From the human T2T-CHM13v2.0 reference genome, Homo sapiens, in assembly GCA_009914755.4 (NCBI GenBank), contig CP068257.2:43424001-43488000 (forward strand): 64,000 nt of DNA. The letters run 5' to 3'. Of this stretch, positions 25,913 through 39,441 are shown one piece after another; position 1 is the first letter of the stretch; the number at the start of each line of letters is the position of its first letter. The position numbers and the translations under genes are program-made. Below the pieces are notes generated by a model. That model was given only the letters and a program-made list of their open reading frames with translations, made no database searches and was not told the DNA's origin.

Positions 25913-27779
25913 TGCTGCTCTCAGTACACCTTTTAGTGTGGCCCAGCTCTTGAAACCACAGCAATACTTCATATACTCCAAAGTAAAATAGATGGTTAAT
26001 ATCAGCCAGGATGTGGGGGACCCAAAATGAAATATAAGCGGAAAACACACATCTCACTGTAGTACAAAGCGGCAGGGCCACAGCAAAGGGGGTGGAAAGG
26101 AAAGTGTTAACCTTATTTGGGAAAATGATAATGTTGACTGGATTCTGTGAGGCTGAAGAGAACTGTACAAAATAGTAGTAAATTTTTTTCTCAGTGTTAA
26201 TGGTGAGCAATGTGAAACGACTTTATGTGTATGTGGGGATTGAACAAATAAGCAGAATCGTAGTGGATAATGAGAGCCAGGTTTCTCACTGTCCCAGGAA
26301 GAAGTTACAAATAGCAAAAGGAAGATGGCAGAGGGAGGCCGTGCTGTTGGATTGGGATAGGTGTCAGTGTGACTCTGTGGTCTTTAATAGATGCATGTAC
26401 AGCACAGGAGTAAACATAGGTGTACGCGTTACATGCATGGGTTAGTGATACACCTACATATGCATCTCCTAGCCTTGTCCGTTGGGAAGACCTAGAAGCA
26501 ATGACCTCCAGCAACAGGGAGCACACCTAAATATCAGTTGCTGATAAAAATAAGCAGGGCTCCTTGCAGAAGATGAGTCTGGAACCTCTGATGATGCTGG
26601 AAATAAGGAAGTGGCCAAAATGGATGGGGTGTGTCAGAGGGCACATAAGCAACCTGGAGGAGCCCCATGGCCAAAGCGGGTCAATTTGAGCAAGGAAATG
26701 AGTAATGATAGTATAGGTGTATAATCTATAAAACAAAGTCAGTATCACTACTGATACTTCTTATATTGATATAAGAAGAAATTGAAAAAATAAGGAGAAG
26801 GGACATCTCTTCCTGACAGAAACATTCCAATTAATTGGTGTAGGAGCAGTGAGAAAATAGAAAATCGCCTTCAGGCGGCACTATGGAAATAGTTACTTCA
26901 GGTGAGTTCCGCGGGAGGATGCTGATTAGTGGGCCAGAGTTTGGAGAGAAACAGGATATTTGCCTAGTCTCGAAGTATCTCTTCCTCAAGTTATTTATTT
27001 ATTAAAAAGGGAAAAATAGTAACTTTAGAATGGAGGAAGCCAGCAGACACCACGTCACCTGGGCGATCAAGATCAGCATCATCTGATGAGACAAGTTGCA
27101 TCATATGCCGCCCCACACCACATGGCATGTGCTCTGTCAGGGACTCCTGCCACAAATGCACAATCACAGTCTAGTCATGGAGAAATGTCAGACGCTCCAG
27201 TAGAGGGACGTCCTGCAAAATACCTCACCTCATCAGTGTTCCTCAGAAGTGTCCAGGTCATGAACACTGGAAACACCGAGGATTGGTCTAAGCTTAGAGA
27301 CCTGATGACTAACTGTGGCCTGTGATTCTGGGCAGAATCCTGGAACAGAAGCCGGTATTGGTGGAGAAACCACCGAAATTCAGATGAGGTCTGTGGTGTA
27401 GCCAATTGTATTGTGCCAGTGTTTATTTTCTGATTTCGATATATCCTTCTCCCAGCTCACAACATACAGGTCTGTGATTGATACATACTTCTCCTCATGC
27501 TCACAACTTACAAATCTATGATTTTAGAGGAAGCTGGGAGAAGGACATAGGGGAATTATCTGTACTATTTTTCAGCCTTCCCATAAGCCTAAAATTTCAA
27601 CATAAAAAGTTGAAAAAGAAACCCATGGCAGAATATGATGGGAGAATGGCAGAAATGGCAGGACCAGCCCCTGTCTCTGTTTCTTCCCATGTGAAGCTGT
27701 TTACCTGGTTTATCTTGGTCTTTGGATTTGGTCGATTTTTTTTTTCTAAAAAGAAATTTTAAATATAGTCAAATTTATC

Positions 27780-29180
27780 AGTTTTTTTCCTTTATGGCTT
27801 TTGGGTTTTGAATCCTAAGAATACTTTCCCTACTACAATACTCATATTTTTCTTTAATTTCTTCTAATAGTTTTATATTTTGTTTTTCACATTTAGCATA
27901 TTGATCTATATGAAATTTGTTTTTGTACAGTTTGAAGTTGGGATATTTTTTCAATTGGCTAATCATTTGCCTTTGTCATTGAGTAGTCTGCCCTTTGCCC
28001 AGTTATCAGAAATATCACCTTTATCACTACTAAATGTTTTCTTTCAATGATATTTCAAATTGCTTATTATTCTTGTGTGATAAAGTGATTGGTTTTTGTA
28101 TGTTGTGTCCACAGCTTGTCATTTGTGTCTCATGTTTTCTAGATGGAGGATCCTTTTGGGAACATGCGTCTTCCTTTCTAAGCTTTGTACTTCCCCTGTA
28201 TTAATTGGCTAGGACTTCTGGTACTGTGCTGAGTGTAGTGTTTGGATCATAGTGATGGCTAGCAGGCTGCATCTCGTTGTTGTCTTTGACGTGAATGCTT
28301 CCAGTATTTCATCCTTAAGTGTGACATTACTCTAGTTGTTTTGTACATACCCTTTATCTTGTCTAGCATGTTACCTTCTCTTCCTGGTTTGTCCAAAATA
28401 ATCTTTATCATGAGTGGCAGTAGAATTTTACCATATGTGCGTCTGTTGAAATGATCACGTGGTTTTCCCTCCAGTCTGTTAATATAGCAAATTTCATTAA
28501 TAGATTTCCTGATATTAAACATTCCTGCATTCTGGGGAAAATCCTGTTTTTAACACAGTGCAAAATTAAAATTGCTATTTATTTTAATACCTTCTATTTT
28601 TTCAAAATGAGTCTCTCCCCAGCCCTACCCCTAGTCTTTTCATTTTTTTCATGTAGTTTACATGCTGTAGTAGCTACATAGTGGTATAAGTGCTTAACAC
28701 CTGGCTTTTGGTGGGAAGGAGGAGTGGGAGTGTATGGAAACCCCTGATTTGTAGCATTTGCCAATTTCCAAGTTATAAATGTCCCTACCGTGCCCTATTT
28801 CAAGCTACCGATGAGCTGTCAACTGGTTTACAAAATTCCTGAAAATGTGACAGTCTTCTCTCATGAACAGGTATAAGTATACCAGTGGGGCCTGAGTGTG
28901 CAGCCTGGTGACTCTCATATCTGTGTGCACTCACACAACCATCACTGGGATCAACCCGGAGGCTTCCTGGTACCTGTGCAGCTCAGCACTCCTACCCTCC
29001 CCAGGAGGACCCCGGTTCTGACCTCTCTCCACCTTTGTTCTCACTTGGGGATTGAATACCTTGTTTATTTTCACGTCATCCTTGTTTTCTCTTCTGTGCA
29101 CATGCAGCTCTACGTTTTCCCCCCAAGAACTGCCTTGGCCACCTCATTTGTAGATAGCGAAATGCAGGGTTTGTAATGAT
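27780..29180 (-). mobile_element. Ancient L1 ORF2-region fragment, minus orientation
   Basis: 'attggctaggacttctggtactgtgctgagtgtagtg...' parallels reverse-complement L1 ORF2 'ctggctaggacttccagtactatgttgaataagagtggtgag'; the rest of the AT-rich block resembles rc ORF2 style sequence. Confidence 0.5.
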
Positions 29181-32100
29181 TTTTATTGAAAAATTGAGCA
29201 TCTGATTATTATTGTGGCACTGGCTTTATTAAACAATGTAGGTTCTGTGATAACTTTTCTTAAATGTTGGGCATTGCTGCCATGTTATATTCATGAAGTT
29301 CATCAGCTTCATATAAACTGACGTTTTTCATTCATGTGTTTATGCAGTCATTGAATAAATATTTTTTGAGCACTTTGGATACCAAAGGTTTAGCAGTGAA
29401 TGAAATAACTCAGTCCCTTTCTTCACAGAGCATATGTTCTGCTATGTCTTTAAGTCACGTGTTTTTTCTATTTGACCGTCCTTGCCAATTTTCCCCTAAC
29501 TCAGACATCCACTTGTCTTTGCCCCTGGTATTATCTTAAATCAACTCTAAATCAATCCGATTTCTTCCACTGCTTCAATGCTAGTTGACGTTTGGCTTAA
29601 CTGCTTATATAATTATTTCTGCTTTTATTGAATTCTTATGATGAAAAAACAGAAGACTTGAATCTGATGATTTTTACTTTAGAAAGGTTAATGATGAAAG
29701 TGTTGTAATACTACAGTTTGGTGAAATGGCACTTTTTGTGTTGTGTGAACTGTCATCACTTAATGAGGAGCAGGAGATCAGCTTACAGTTTTCTGCTATA
29801 GTTCTGGACATCATGAGACCTTATTCCCCACCAGCATGATCTCTGTCTATGGCTCAGAGGGAGAGCAATAGGGATATGGGGTGCTATTCACAGCCTTGCC
29901 TGGGTGACTGTGTCTTCTGGCAGCTTAGTGGCTCCCAGGGGCAGGATCCTGGTCACCAGCATCCTACAGCATTGCCACATGTTTGCTCATGCTCTGGTGT
30001 CCTGTGGAGTAGAGCTCCTTGTTCTCCTGTGGACCACAGTCCAGGGAGAGTGGGGGTTTCCCTGTAGGAGGAGGAGCTGGAAGACTCCAGATCGAGTTTA
30101 ACCGTGGGCTAGGCTGCGAAATTTGGATGCAGGCCAGTGGACCTCAGAAATCCATCTGTTCATCTTTCTGCTAAACTGATTTGGATTTCTGCTTTTTTAA
30201 TCCTTTGCAAAATTAATTTGTCTTTAATATGAAAATCAGTGTTTTATTTTTAGTAAGAGAAAATAATTCTATTTTATTTATTTGGAACAATTTAAAAGAC
30301 CCTAGAGATCAACATCCTTCCTCTTTCATTTCCTAGAGGAGGGTGTAGAGGAGCAGAGTGTGTGACAGGCACAGTGGGACTGACCTTTGCTTCTGGGCCT
30401 GGATTACCATGTCTGGAGAGTGATGCTTTGGAGGAAGTATGGATCACTTCGCTCCTGGGCCGTCGGTTCAGAAGGTGCAGCCTTGCCCGGAGCTGAGGTC
30501 CAGTGCTAGCAGCACATTCCCTTTCCTTGCCCTGAGCCTGCATGGCAGCCTTCTTCATCAACTGGAATCTCTGTTGAGGATGGAGAAAAATCTGTGGTCC
30601 TTTTGTTTACTGGGTGACTTTCTGACCTCTCTCTCTTCTCATTCTCTCTACTGCATTACAACTGTTTGATGAGAGAGATTTTAAAAATGAACATAAACAA
30701 TTTTTATGGAAATATCTGTTATCTATTTTTTTTATATAGTTATACCATTGGAATTTACTCTTACCTTCAGGTAACAGTTGTGAGGACCAAATCTTAATCC
30801 TGGTAGGTGACCTTTAAATCTTAGAATCAGGAATTCGGCTTTAGTCAAAAGTTAACTTTTTCCTTATTATTGTGCTCCTGTTGGATTTTTAAAAATGGAT
30901 ACATTCTATTTATTGGTATTTACAAGTCACTTGACTAGACTGATACTAATAGTATGACACAGGAAAAACAAAAACATCTTTCTGTAAATTTTGAAGTAAT
31001 GAACAATATTAGGGATTATTCCAAAACAGAGCAGACAAGGCAGAGGAAAACCAGTCAAGCTCTTTATAGCTTAAATCTAACCCTTTACCTGAATAATAAT
31101 TTAAAAAACTATTTTATAAATCAAGTCTCCCATTCCTGTAAAATAGGAGTAATTCATTATCACACATTTTTGTACCTTTAATTTTTTTTTTCTTGATGGA
31201 GCCCAAGTCTTAAAGATGTCAAAACTAGTATCATGTTCCATTTTCTAAAGTCGAGGCTATCTCAGTCCCATTTCTATAGCCAACAGGGTAATCTGTTACT
31301 AGGCCCTGAAACCCTTCTGATGAGTCTCAGCTTATACCCCACCCCACCCCCAAATATTCACACAATAGGCACAGTGAAAACCAGGAAATTAGTCTCTGAA
31401 ATAAGCAGCCTCCCCAGGAAGGAAGCAGCATGGCCACTGCCCATTCTGTGCCTGGACCTCGCCCCACCGGCACTTGGCTTCAGGAACTGGACTGATCCAG
31501 GCACTTTGCTGGGGTGCACTTTGGCTTTTCTCACCAGTTCCCAGGGCAGCCTCGGGTAGGAGTCTCGGGTAGGAGAGTGTTGGAGGCCCTAGATCTGGGG
31601 CTACAGGGACTTTTCTCACAACTCCAGGCGAGGGCACACCGGGCTTGGCTCTTCTAGGTCTGGCGACTGCTCCCATTGGCAGGTGTCCACAGGCCTCTGC
31701 CTGACGTCCTTGACAAGAGGAAGAGAGGACCCGGCTTTCTGTGGGTGCCGAGCCCTCTGGGCCACACAGCTGCTGTTCTCTGACTTGTGGGTTTTTCTGC
31801 CGCCTCTTGCGTTTCATGCTGTGACTCTGGAACTAGGTCTTACCCTGTTTGGAGTGAAGGTTCGGGGTGTTGGGAAGTTCTGTCCTCTTCTCTCAGGAAG
31901 AGGCCCTTTGACTGTGTGCCCGGAGGAGGCATGGGTGCATCTTTTCTCCAGGGGGCTCCTCACCAGGGGTATGGGGAGACTGTGCTGCAGCCTCAGGAAT
32001 GTCAGGGTGAAGAGGCCCTGGAGGCTGATGCTTCCGGCCAAGGGCTTCTTCTGGATTTTCAAATAAAGTCCCAGAACAGAATTACTTTATGTTTTAATTT

Positions 32101-33814
32101 CAGGCAAATGTCTCTCATCTGCCCTTTTAAGTACATTAGGATTGGGTTTTTCGACCCTGCACAGCACATGGGGGCTCCTCAGAGAAGTGTCTGATAAAAT
32201 AAAATTAAATAACTCGCTTTTTAGCACTTCGTTTTTACTGGTGATTTGTTAGTCATTGATTGAGGTGATTGTGATTGATCCAATTATTTGTCTGCCCATC
32301 CTGATTGTAACTTTTTTTATTTACAGGATTTTAAAAGATAGTTTCTTGATCTTAATGTTATATTTAACGTTCTCTTTCATAAGATGGTTTTTTGATGACT
32401 TTGTGTTTAAAAAGTGAGGGTCTTTTGAGAAATAGAATATATCAAATTATTTGTTCAGAAACATTCAAAAGCATTTTTTCCAACTCTGCAAGCAGTTGTC
32501 TGTTAAAGCAATTAGCGTGTACCCAATTAGAGCTCTGTTCAAGATCCCTCACTGATAACCTCTGTGAGGCTGTTGGTCCGTGTCTTTATCAAGCAGTAGT
32601 GTGGCTTCCCAGGTACTGTCAGCTCATTTTGGACCCAATACTAGTTTATTGCCTGAAATTACCTTTAAACTGGAAAATCTTCAAGTAAAATTTTTGAGAG
32701 TTTTTGATTAATCCCCTAGGATACTTTTGAATGATAGGTTTTGGGGAGATACATTTGGTTGTTTTGGCACCACTACCATCAGCCTCACTCACGTGCTGCC
32801 AGGCGCCCCGCCAGATCAGGGAACATCCTCTGTACATGGAAGCAGCCCCGAGCACTATGTCTGCTTGTGTTTCTGCTCTCAAGGTTTCTACGGCCCTGCA
32901 CGTGGGCCCTGCTGAGGCCCCAGACTGCTTCCTCACACAGCTGACCTGGTGGGCTTCCTGTCCACACAGCTGCCCTTCCTGTCCTCCCATCCAACCTCTC
33001 GCATCATGTTGAGGGGAGAGAGGGGGGCAAATGAGACATGGTCCTTGCTTTCATGGAAATTTCTAGTGATGCAGATGTCTGTATATCAAGTACTCACACA
33101 AGCAGATGTAAAGTCATAACTGTGATGAAGGAAGACCAATTGAGGACCTCCATCAGCCGAGGGGCCTGGACGCTCACTGAGAGGCGAGGTTTGCACTCAG
33201 TCTCCTTGCCCAAAGCTGGCAGCCTCATTCTGCTGCCCATGTGCTGGGCACCTTCTCCACTATCACGACTTCCTTGACATTTCAGTCTGTTCTGTTCAAG
33301 TTTTGGCCTTCCATCCCTCTGAAATGGGTCTTGCTAGTCACTAATGATCTGTCTCTTGTTAAGGTCAGTGGCCTGTATTTCGTCCTGGTCTCAATCAGTG
33401 TCTCAACAGGACTGTACAGAACTAGCCAACCTCTTGGATTCTGTGGGCAGTGCCACCCTGGCATCCTTCTGGCTCAGTCTTCTGTGCAGGTCCCCCAGTC
33501 ACCAGGAGCCCTGCAGGTGCAGCCTACCTGCCCCCAGCCCAGGCTGCGCTCCCTGCTTGCTCTGCGTGTGATGCTCCGGCCTTTGCCGTGAGCTCTGACA
33601 CAGTGCAGCACAGACCTGCTTGAGCTCTGGATCCCCTCCCCAGGCTCCTGTCCATCCTGCCCCCTTTCAGCTTCCTGCAGTGACCATTGCCTGGAACTCA
33701 ACCCAGTGTTTTTTCTCTGCCCCCTTTTTCTGTTAGCTCTTCCCCCAGTGGTGTGGGGCTGGGACAGGGGCCTCACATTGTCGTCCACGTTTCCCGAGGC
33801 TTCTGTCTCTCCAT

Positions 33815-33900
33815 CCCGCTGTTTCAGGGTTCTGCATCCTGCTGTTTCAGGGTTCTGCATCCCGCTGTTTCAGGGTTCTGCATCCCGCTGTTTCAGGGTG
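33815..33900. repeat. Tandem 24-bp repeat x ~3.5 (cccgctgtttcagggttctgcatc)
   Basis: cccgctgtttcagggttctgcatcctgctgtttcagggttctgcatcccgctgtttcagggttctgcatcccgctgtttcagggtg. Confidence 0.9.
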
Positions 33901-35035
33901 CACGTTTCCTTCTCGGGCTTGGCTCCTTGGGTCATGTCTCCAGCCTGACGTTCCAGCTGAGAGGTGGTGAGGCAGGAAGGGGTGTCTCTGCATCAGGAAA
34001 GCGATAAGGAGTTCAGGAAACCCAGTGTCTCTCATTGGCTGGAAGAGTATTACACGGCTACCTCTGGTTGCCCAGATGCCTGGGGCAGGGTCTGTGCTCG
34101 AGAAAATAAGGCTCTGTGAGTAAGGGTCTCCCACAGCCAGATCAACAAGGAGCTGTAGGCTGTAAGTCCTGGTTCCTGACTGAGGGAGGCCTAAAAAGTG
34201 GGGCTGTTGGGGCTTTATATTTAGCACCCACTTTTTACCCTCTCAAATTCCAGACCAGTTGAGAGAGCCGCACACACTGTAGATAGGCAAGTGGAGATCA
34301 GATACAGGCTCTGTTTTAGATAAAAGCAACTGGAGAAAGTGGCTGACTGGCCAAGCGGGTTTGCTAATCCTTTATCCCAAATTAGACAAACTTCCCACCT
34401 AGTAACGAGCATGGCTGGGGGCAAGCCCCTTCCACGTGGCAGGAGAAGAAACCCTAGCACTTTGGTGTGGGTGCGCCTAGCCCAAGAGGAGAGGAGGACC
34501 GGCTGGGCTAAGCAGCCCATTTCCTCCTTCTAGATGCCTCCTTCTGCAGGAAAGAGTGCGTGAGTTGGATTCTGTCCACAGGGAACAGAAGCGCAAGGGA
34601 CAAGTGCCCCCTCTGCTCTGAGGAAGGGTTTTGCATATCTCCTGTTGGAAGTCTGGAAGCTGGGCAGTCTCGCTCCCTGCACCAGCTGTGCCGGCCCTGC
34701 CTGTCTTCCTGCAGGTCTGGGCTGGCTGCTGTGGGCCTGTGTCCTCAACACTGCCCTGCCCTGAGGCTGTTGGAGGGACAGCCCCAGTGCTCCCCCTTCA
34801 TCATCCACTCTCCTTTCCCTTTAGTGTTTCTATCTCTGGATTTGTTTCTGGTGAGCCTTCCCTCCAGAAGGAACTGCTCTTGTCCCCATGTACTTCCTCG
34901 AGGCCTCCCTGGTCGTTCCTAGGGGCGATCATACTATAGAAAGAACCCATCATTGTCACCCAGAAGTGCTCCTGAGAGATGAGGGAACCTCTGGGGAAGC
35001 CAGCTTGGGCTTCGGGAGGAATTTTCTCCTCTCTT

Positions 35036-35320
35036 TATTTTTATTTTATTTTTTTGAGACAGAGTCTGTCTCTGTCGCCCAGGCGGTGCAGTGGCACTGC
35101 CAGCTCTGCCTCCCGGGTTCACACCATTCTCCTGCCTCAGCCTCCTGAGTAGCTGGAACCACAGGCGCCTGCCACCACGCCCGGCTAATTTTTTGTATTT
35201 TTAGTAGAGACGGGGTTTCACCGTGTTAGTCAGGATGGTCTCGATCTCCTGACCTTGTGATCCACCCACCTTGGCCTCCCAAAGTGCTAGGATTACAGGT
35301 GTGAGCCACTGCGCCCAGCC
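35036..35320 (-). mobile_element. Alu (AluY/Sx-like), minus orientation
   Basis: ttttattttatttttttgagacagagtct...gggtttcaccgtgttagtcaggatggtctcgatctcctgacc...ggattacaggtgtgagccactgcgcccagcc. Confidence 0.92.
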
Positions 35321-37645
35321 TTTCTCCTCTTTTTAAATGTTCTCAAGTAGCTTCCTCTTCAAGTCCGGTTTCTTTTTCTTGTTTTCTGCTGGGAACTAGA
35401 TGTAGTTCCCCTCCTTCCTCAGCAGCACCATTTAGGTACGAGACGGGTGGGGTTGGCCCTTTCCATTCTTTAAGGAGAGTATTTTCCACTGTGAGATGGT
35501 CACATACCTTCTCTTTGGTAACAGGACAAAAGAGCAAATGCTGGAAAAACTAAGCTTATGAGCTTTGGGGAAGCCTGATGTGCAAATGAGGGAGGCTAAC
35601 ATGATTTTCGGGCTACTGGATTGGTGCTCACTCCCAATTTGAAAACTAGTCAGGAGATACCGAGGCCCTGTGTGATGTGGTACAAAGTATAAGGCGTTGG
35701 CCATGGTAGAGAATCATGATTTTTTTTTTTTTTTCTGGAGGTGGGAAGCCATTGTGGTTGGGGGCATGAACTCAGAGTTGTGCCGTGGAAGGGTCCCTGT
35801 GGCAGGAGAACAGGTGGAGAGCAGACGCCGAGGGGCCGCTGTCCAGGCAGGAGTGATGGAGCATGGCTGGTGGGGACTTCAGACACATGTGCAAGGTTCT
35901 GAGGATGCCTGGGTGCTGGCCATGTGGCAAGGTGGAAGGCAGTGCCTATGACTGGACAGCTGGGAGGGAGCCCACTGTGGTGATGGGGAGGGTAGACTAG
36001 CAGGTCTGTTTGGGTATGCTGACTTGGGGGCACTCAAGGGGAGCTGTCAGGGAGGCCATTGGGTGGAAGCAATTCCAGAGACAAACCGCTGCTCCCTAAA
36101 GGAAAAGGAGAGTGCCTTTGCCTTTCAACCTGAGCTCCATGTGGTCCTCTGGCCCAGCCTGCTAGGCAGCCTCGCCCTGCTCCCCACTGATGTCACACAG
36201 GTGTCACAAAATGAACATCTGAAACCAGAGCTTCATTTTCCTAAATTTCCTAGCCTTTCTCCTTACAGTGAACGTCACCAACACCCACCCAGCTGCTGGA
36301 AACCTGGCAGTCATCCTAGCCACCTCGCTTTCCCTCACCGTCACACCCAGTCCCCTCAAACATTTGTGCCTGCTGTCCCTGCGTTCGCTTCCCACCCGGG
36401 TGCTTGCCTTTCCACGTCTCCCTGCTGTCCAGCAGCTGGCAAGTCATTCCTGCCCTGTGCTTGCAGGCTCCACGGACCCACCAGGGCATCTGGAATACAA
36501 CTGTGACTTCCTCCTCACCCCACGGCTGTGCTTGACCCGGCTCCCATCTGTCTCCAGATCCCTTGGAGCACTCTCCCAGGTCTGCTGCAGGCCCATGGCC
36601 TCCTCCCTTGGACCACTCTCCCCGTCTCTGTCTAGGGGCTGCTCACAGCTTCCTAGAAGTTTCTTGCCTGGGCTTTGCTTATTCCCAGCTGGTGGCTTTC
36701 CATCTGTGCTCTTCCTCTGCTGACGGCCCCTTCTGCCCCAGCTCATTATATGACCGTTGTCTCCCATCCCGTCCCGACCTGCCTGTTTATGGAGGCATCC
36801 TCTAGGTTCTCAGTGGAGGGTGCCTGGCCCCTGGAACAAAACTGTTGAGTTTGAATCATCCCCACCCTGCCTCTTCCTAGCTGCAGTGCTGGGCCTCAGT
36901 TTCCCTATGTGCAAAATGGGGACACTCAAACCTGCCTCATTCCCGTGAGGATTACATGATTAGGTAAAGTGTTCGTGGCAGTGTGGGGGATGGCGAGTGC
37001 TAGGCAGGAGCTGGAGGCTGTTCTCTTTGGGCTATTTGCACACATATGCTCTTAGCCTCCTTTCGAGCACTTTCCTCAGCCTTCAATCTTGTGTATATTT
37101 GTGTGTGTTTCTCTTTTAGGAGAGAGACTTCTCTGGCATTGACTGGACAACTGTCAGAGCTTATCCTTGACCTGAGCTCACTGCCTCTGCCTCAGAATTG
37201 GGGGTCAGGTTATTCTTAGTATTCTAGGTTTATAAGGCCAGACAGAGTCCTTCTTCCCTGTAGAGCAGAAATGACCCCTAATATAGGAGCATATTGTTTT
37301 CCCTCAGCAGAGCAAATGCTTCAGTAGTAGTGTTACCAGCAGACAGATGGCGCTTTAGAGGTGACATGTGATAGATGCTTGGGACTGAAATTTAGCCGTG
37401 GATCATAGCCTGAATGGGATTTTCACGCATGTCTTCCCTCTCAGGATTTCTCTTAAGGGTTGTTGATTCCACATTTCTCCTTGAGGAGGGGGTGGTGGTA
37501 GGGCTGGTGACCGGGGAACTGTAATTTCCTGTGGGAGAGCAGCAATTTCATTATTCCTTTAATGAAGCTATAGTTGATCATCCTTCAGTGCCTAGTATAC
37601 AGCCTGTTAAATTAGGGTCTTCGGATTGCTCTGCAAGCCTTTTTA

Positions 37646-37950
<305 letters not shown>

Positions 37951-39095
37951 TATGTTAAAATATGTCATTTTAAGTTATGTAAATCCAAGCATAATTACTG
38001 AACACAAGGCTCAATCCAAAACATGCACAGTAAGCCCGTGTGAAGTGTTCACATGCTGTTCTGAGGCTGGCTGGATCTGGAGTTTCTGGGAGTGCTCTCT
38101 TGGGCTGGCACGTCTTGGGCTGTGGGGGCCCTGAAGCCCTCCTAGATGCTGGACATTGGTGTGTGTGCAACTTGGTGGTGGTGTTGGGGTTACTTTCCAG
38201 AAGCTACTCAAGGCTTAGTCTCAGTTTCTATCTAAAGATATTTATATGGGAAGTATTCCAAATGTGGATTTATAAAGATAACACATGGATAGAAATAGTG
38301 TAAAACTTGTGTGAACTGAACCAGCCAAGCTTCTAGTCTTCCCTTTCCAAAACTTTCCTTTTTCTCCCCCCGTGTTAAAGATTTAAAAATATATGTTTAA
38401 AAAGGTCACTTTTAACTTGTAAAAATTATTCAACATATACAGAAATTTAAAAAGCAGCATTGCAGGTTATGTGAGATTATGTATGTCTGCTCTTTGGAAC
38501 TAGGTTGAAATGATAGCTACAAGGTTCTTTGGAAGAATGGGGATGTGTGGGTGAGAGTGGAGTAGACAGGCTGGGCTTACTAACTAGGCTTGCACTGGCC
38601 CCCGTCAGTCACTGTTCCCAAGTCAAATACTGCATTGCACTGAACACCAGAGCAGCAGTGCATTTCCTAGAGAACTCTGCAAGGCTACAGGTGGCAGACT
38701 TAGGGAGCGCTTGCCATCCCTGCCCTTCCCAGCTCTACCCAGAACAAGGAGGCCTCGCACACTACCTGGTCATATTTTGACTTCATGCATTTAATGAACC
38801 AAACTAAAGGTAAATATTTTCTTTTGATTCCCAAGGCAGACTTGTGGGTACCCAAGTTCCTCAGCCCATCTTTAACTCAGTAGGATGTGGCATCTCCATT
38901 GAGGCTCTTCATGGAATCCCTGGAGGTGAAACCTCGGTGTCCGGTTGCTCCAAACCAGTGCTGGTGGGATTCAGTTTTCTGGACCCATTTCTGGGTGAAG
39001 TCAAGGAATGGAGGCGGGCGGCTGTCAAGCGTCTCTGTTGCTCAATGGGGCAGGCCAGTCCCAGCGGCGACTTAGAGGTGGCTGGCTGGGCGTCC

Positions 39096-39329
39096 CTACA
39101 GGAGAATGGGCCACAGGGCCAGCGGGGCCAGCAGGATGAGCAGGCCTGGTTTGGGGTATGGGCCGCAGGCGTGGAGCTCGATGCTGGGCAGGGGCCTGCT
39201 CACTGACGAGTTGCCACCCGGGATTGGGGTAGGGGTGGGCGCGGTGGTCTCGGGCTCTGAGCGGCTCTGCACCGGCAGGAGCAGGACTGGCAGCAGCAGC
39301 AGCAGCGCCAGTGCGGATCGGGCCGCCAT
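39096..39329 (-). CDS. Candidate small ORF (77 aa): N-terminal hydrophobic leader, Thr/Pro-rich segment with one NSS sequon, hydrophobic C-terminal tail (GPI-signal-like)
   Basis: ATG at 39329 (minus) -> MAARSALALLLLLPVLLLPVQSRSEPETTAPTPTPIPGGNSSVSRPLPSIELHACGPYPKPGLLILLAPLALWPILL*; ATTAAA-like signal ~300 nt downstream on minus strand (~38790). Caveat: the poly-Leu leader is encoded by a (CTG)n tract inside a CpG island. Confidence 0.25.
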   Translation of the reverse strand: MAARSALALLLLLPVLLLPVQSRSEPETTAPTPTPIPGGNSSVSRPLPSIELHACGPYPKPGLLILLAPLALWPILL

Positions 39330-39441
39330 GGCCAAGCGCTCCGGCTCGTCCCGTAGCAGTGCCGCGGCGGCGGCCGCTGCCGGGAGTGTCTGTTCCGCGG
39401 TTACGCGGGGTCCTCTCCGGTCCTGTCCAGTGAGGTCCTGA
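39328..39441 (+). CDS. Short ORF behind strong Kozak ATG (gccgccATGG): MAKRSGSSRSSAAAAAAAGSVCSAVTRGPLRSCPVRS*; possibly the start of a first exon or a uORF
   Basis: Near-perfect Kozak context at 39322-39331 inside the CpG island; ORF terminates after 37 aa, no strong splice donor seen before the stop. Confidence 0.15.
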   Translation: MAKRSGSSRSSAAAAAAAGSVCSAVTRGPLRSCPVRS

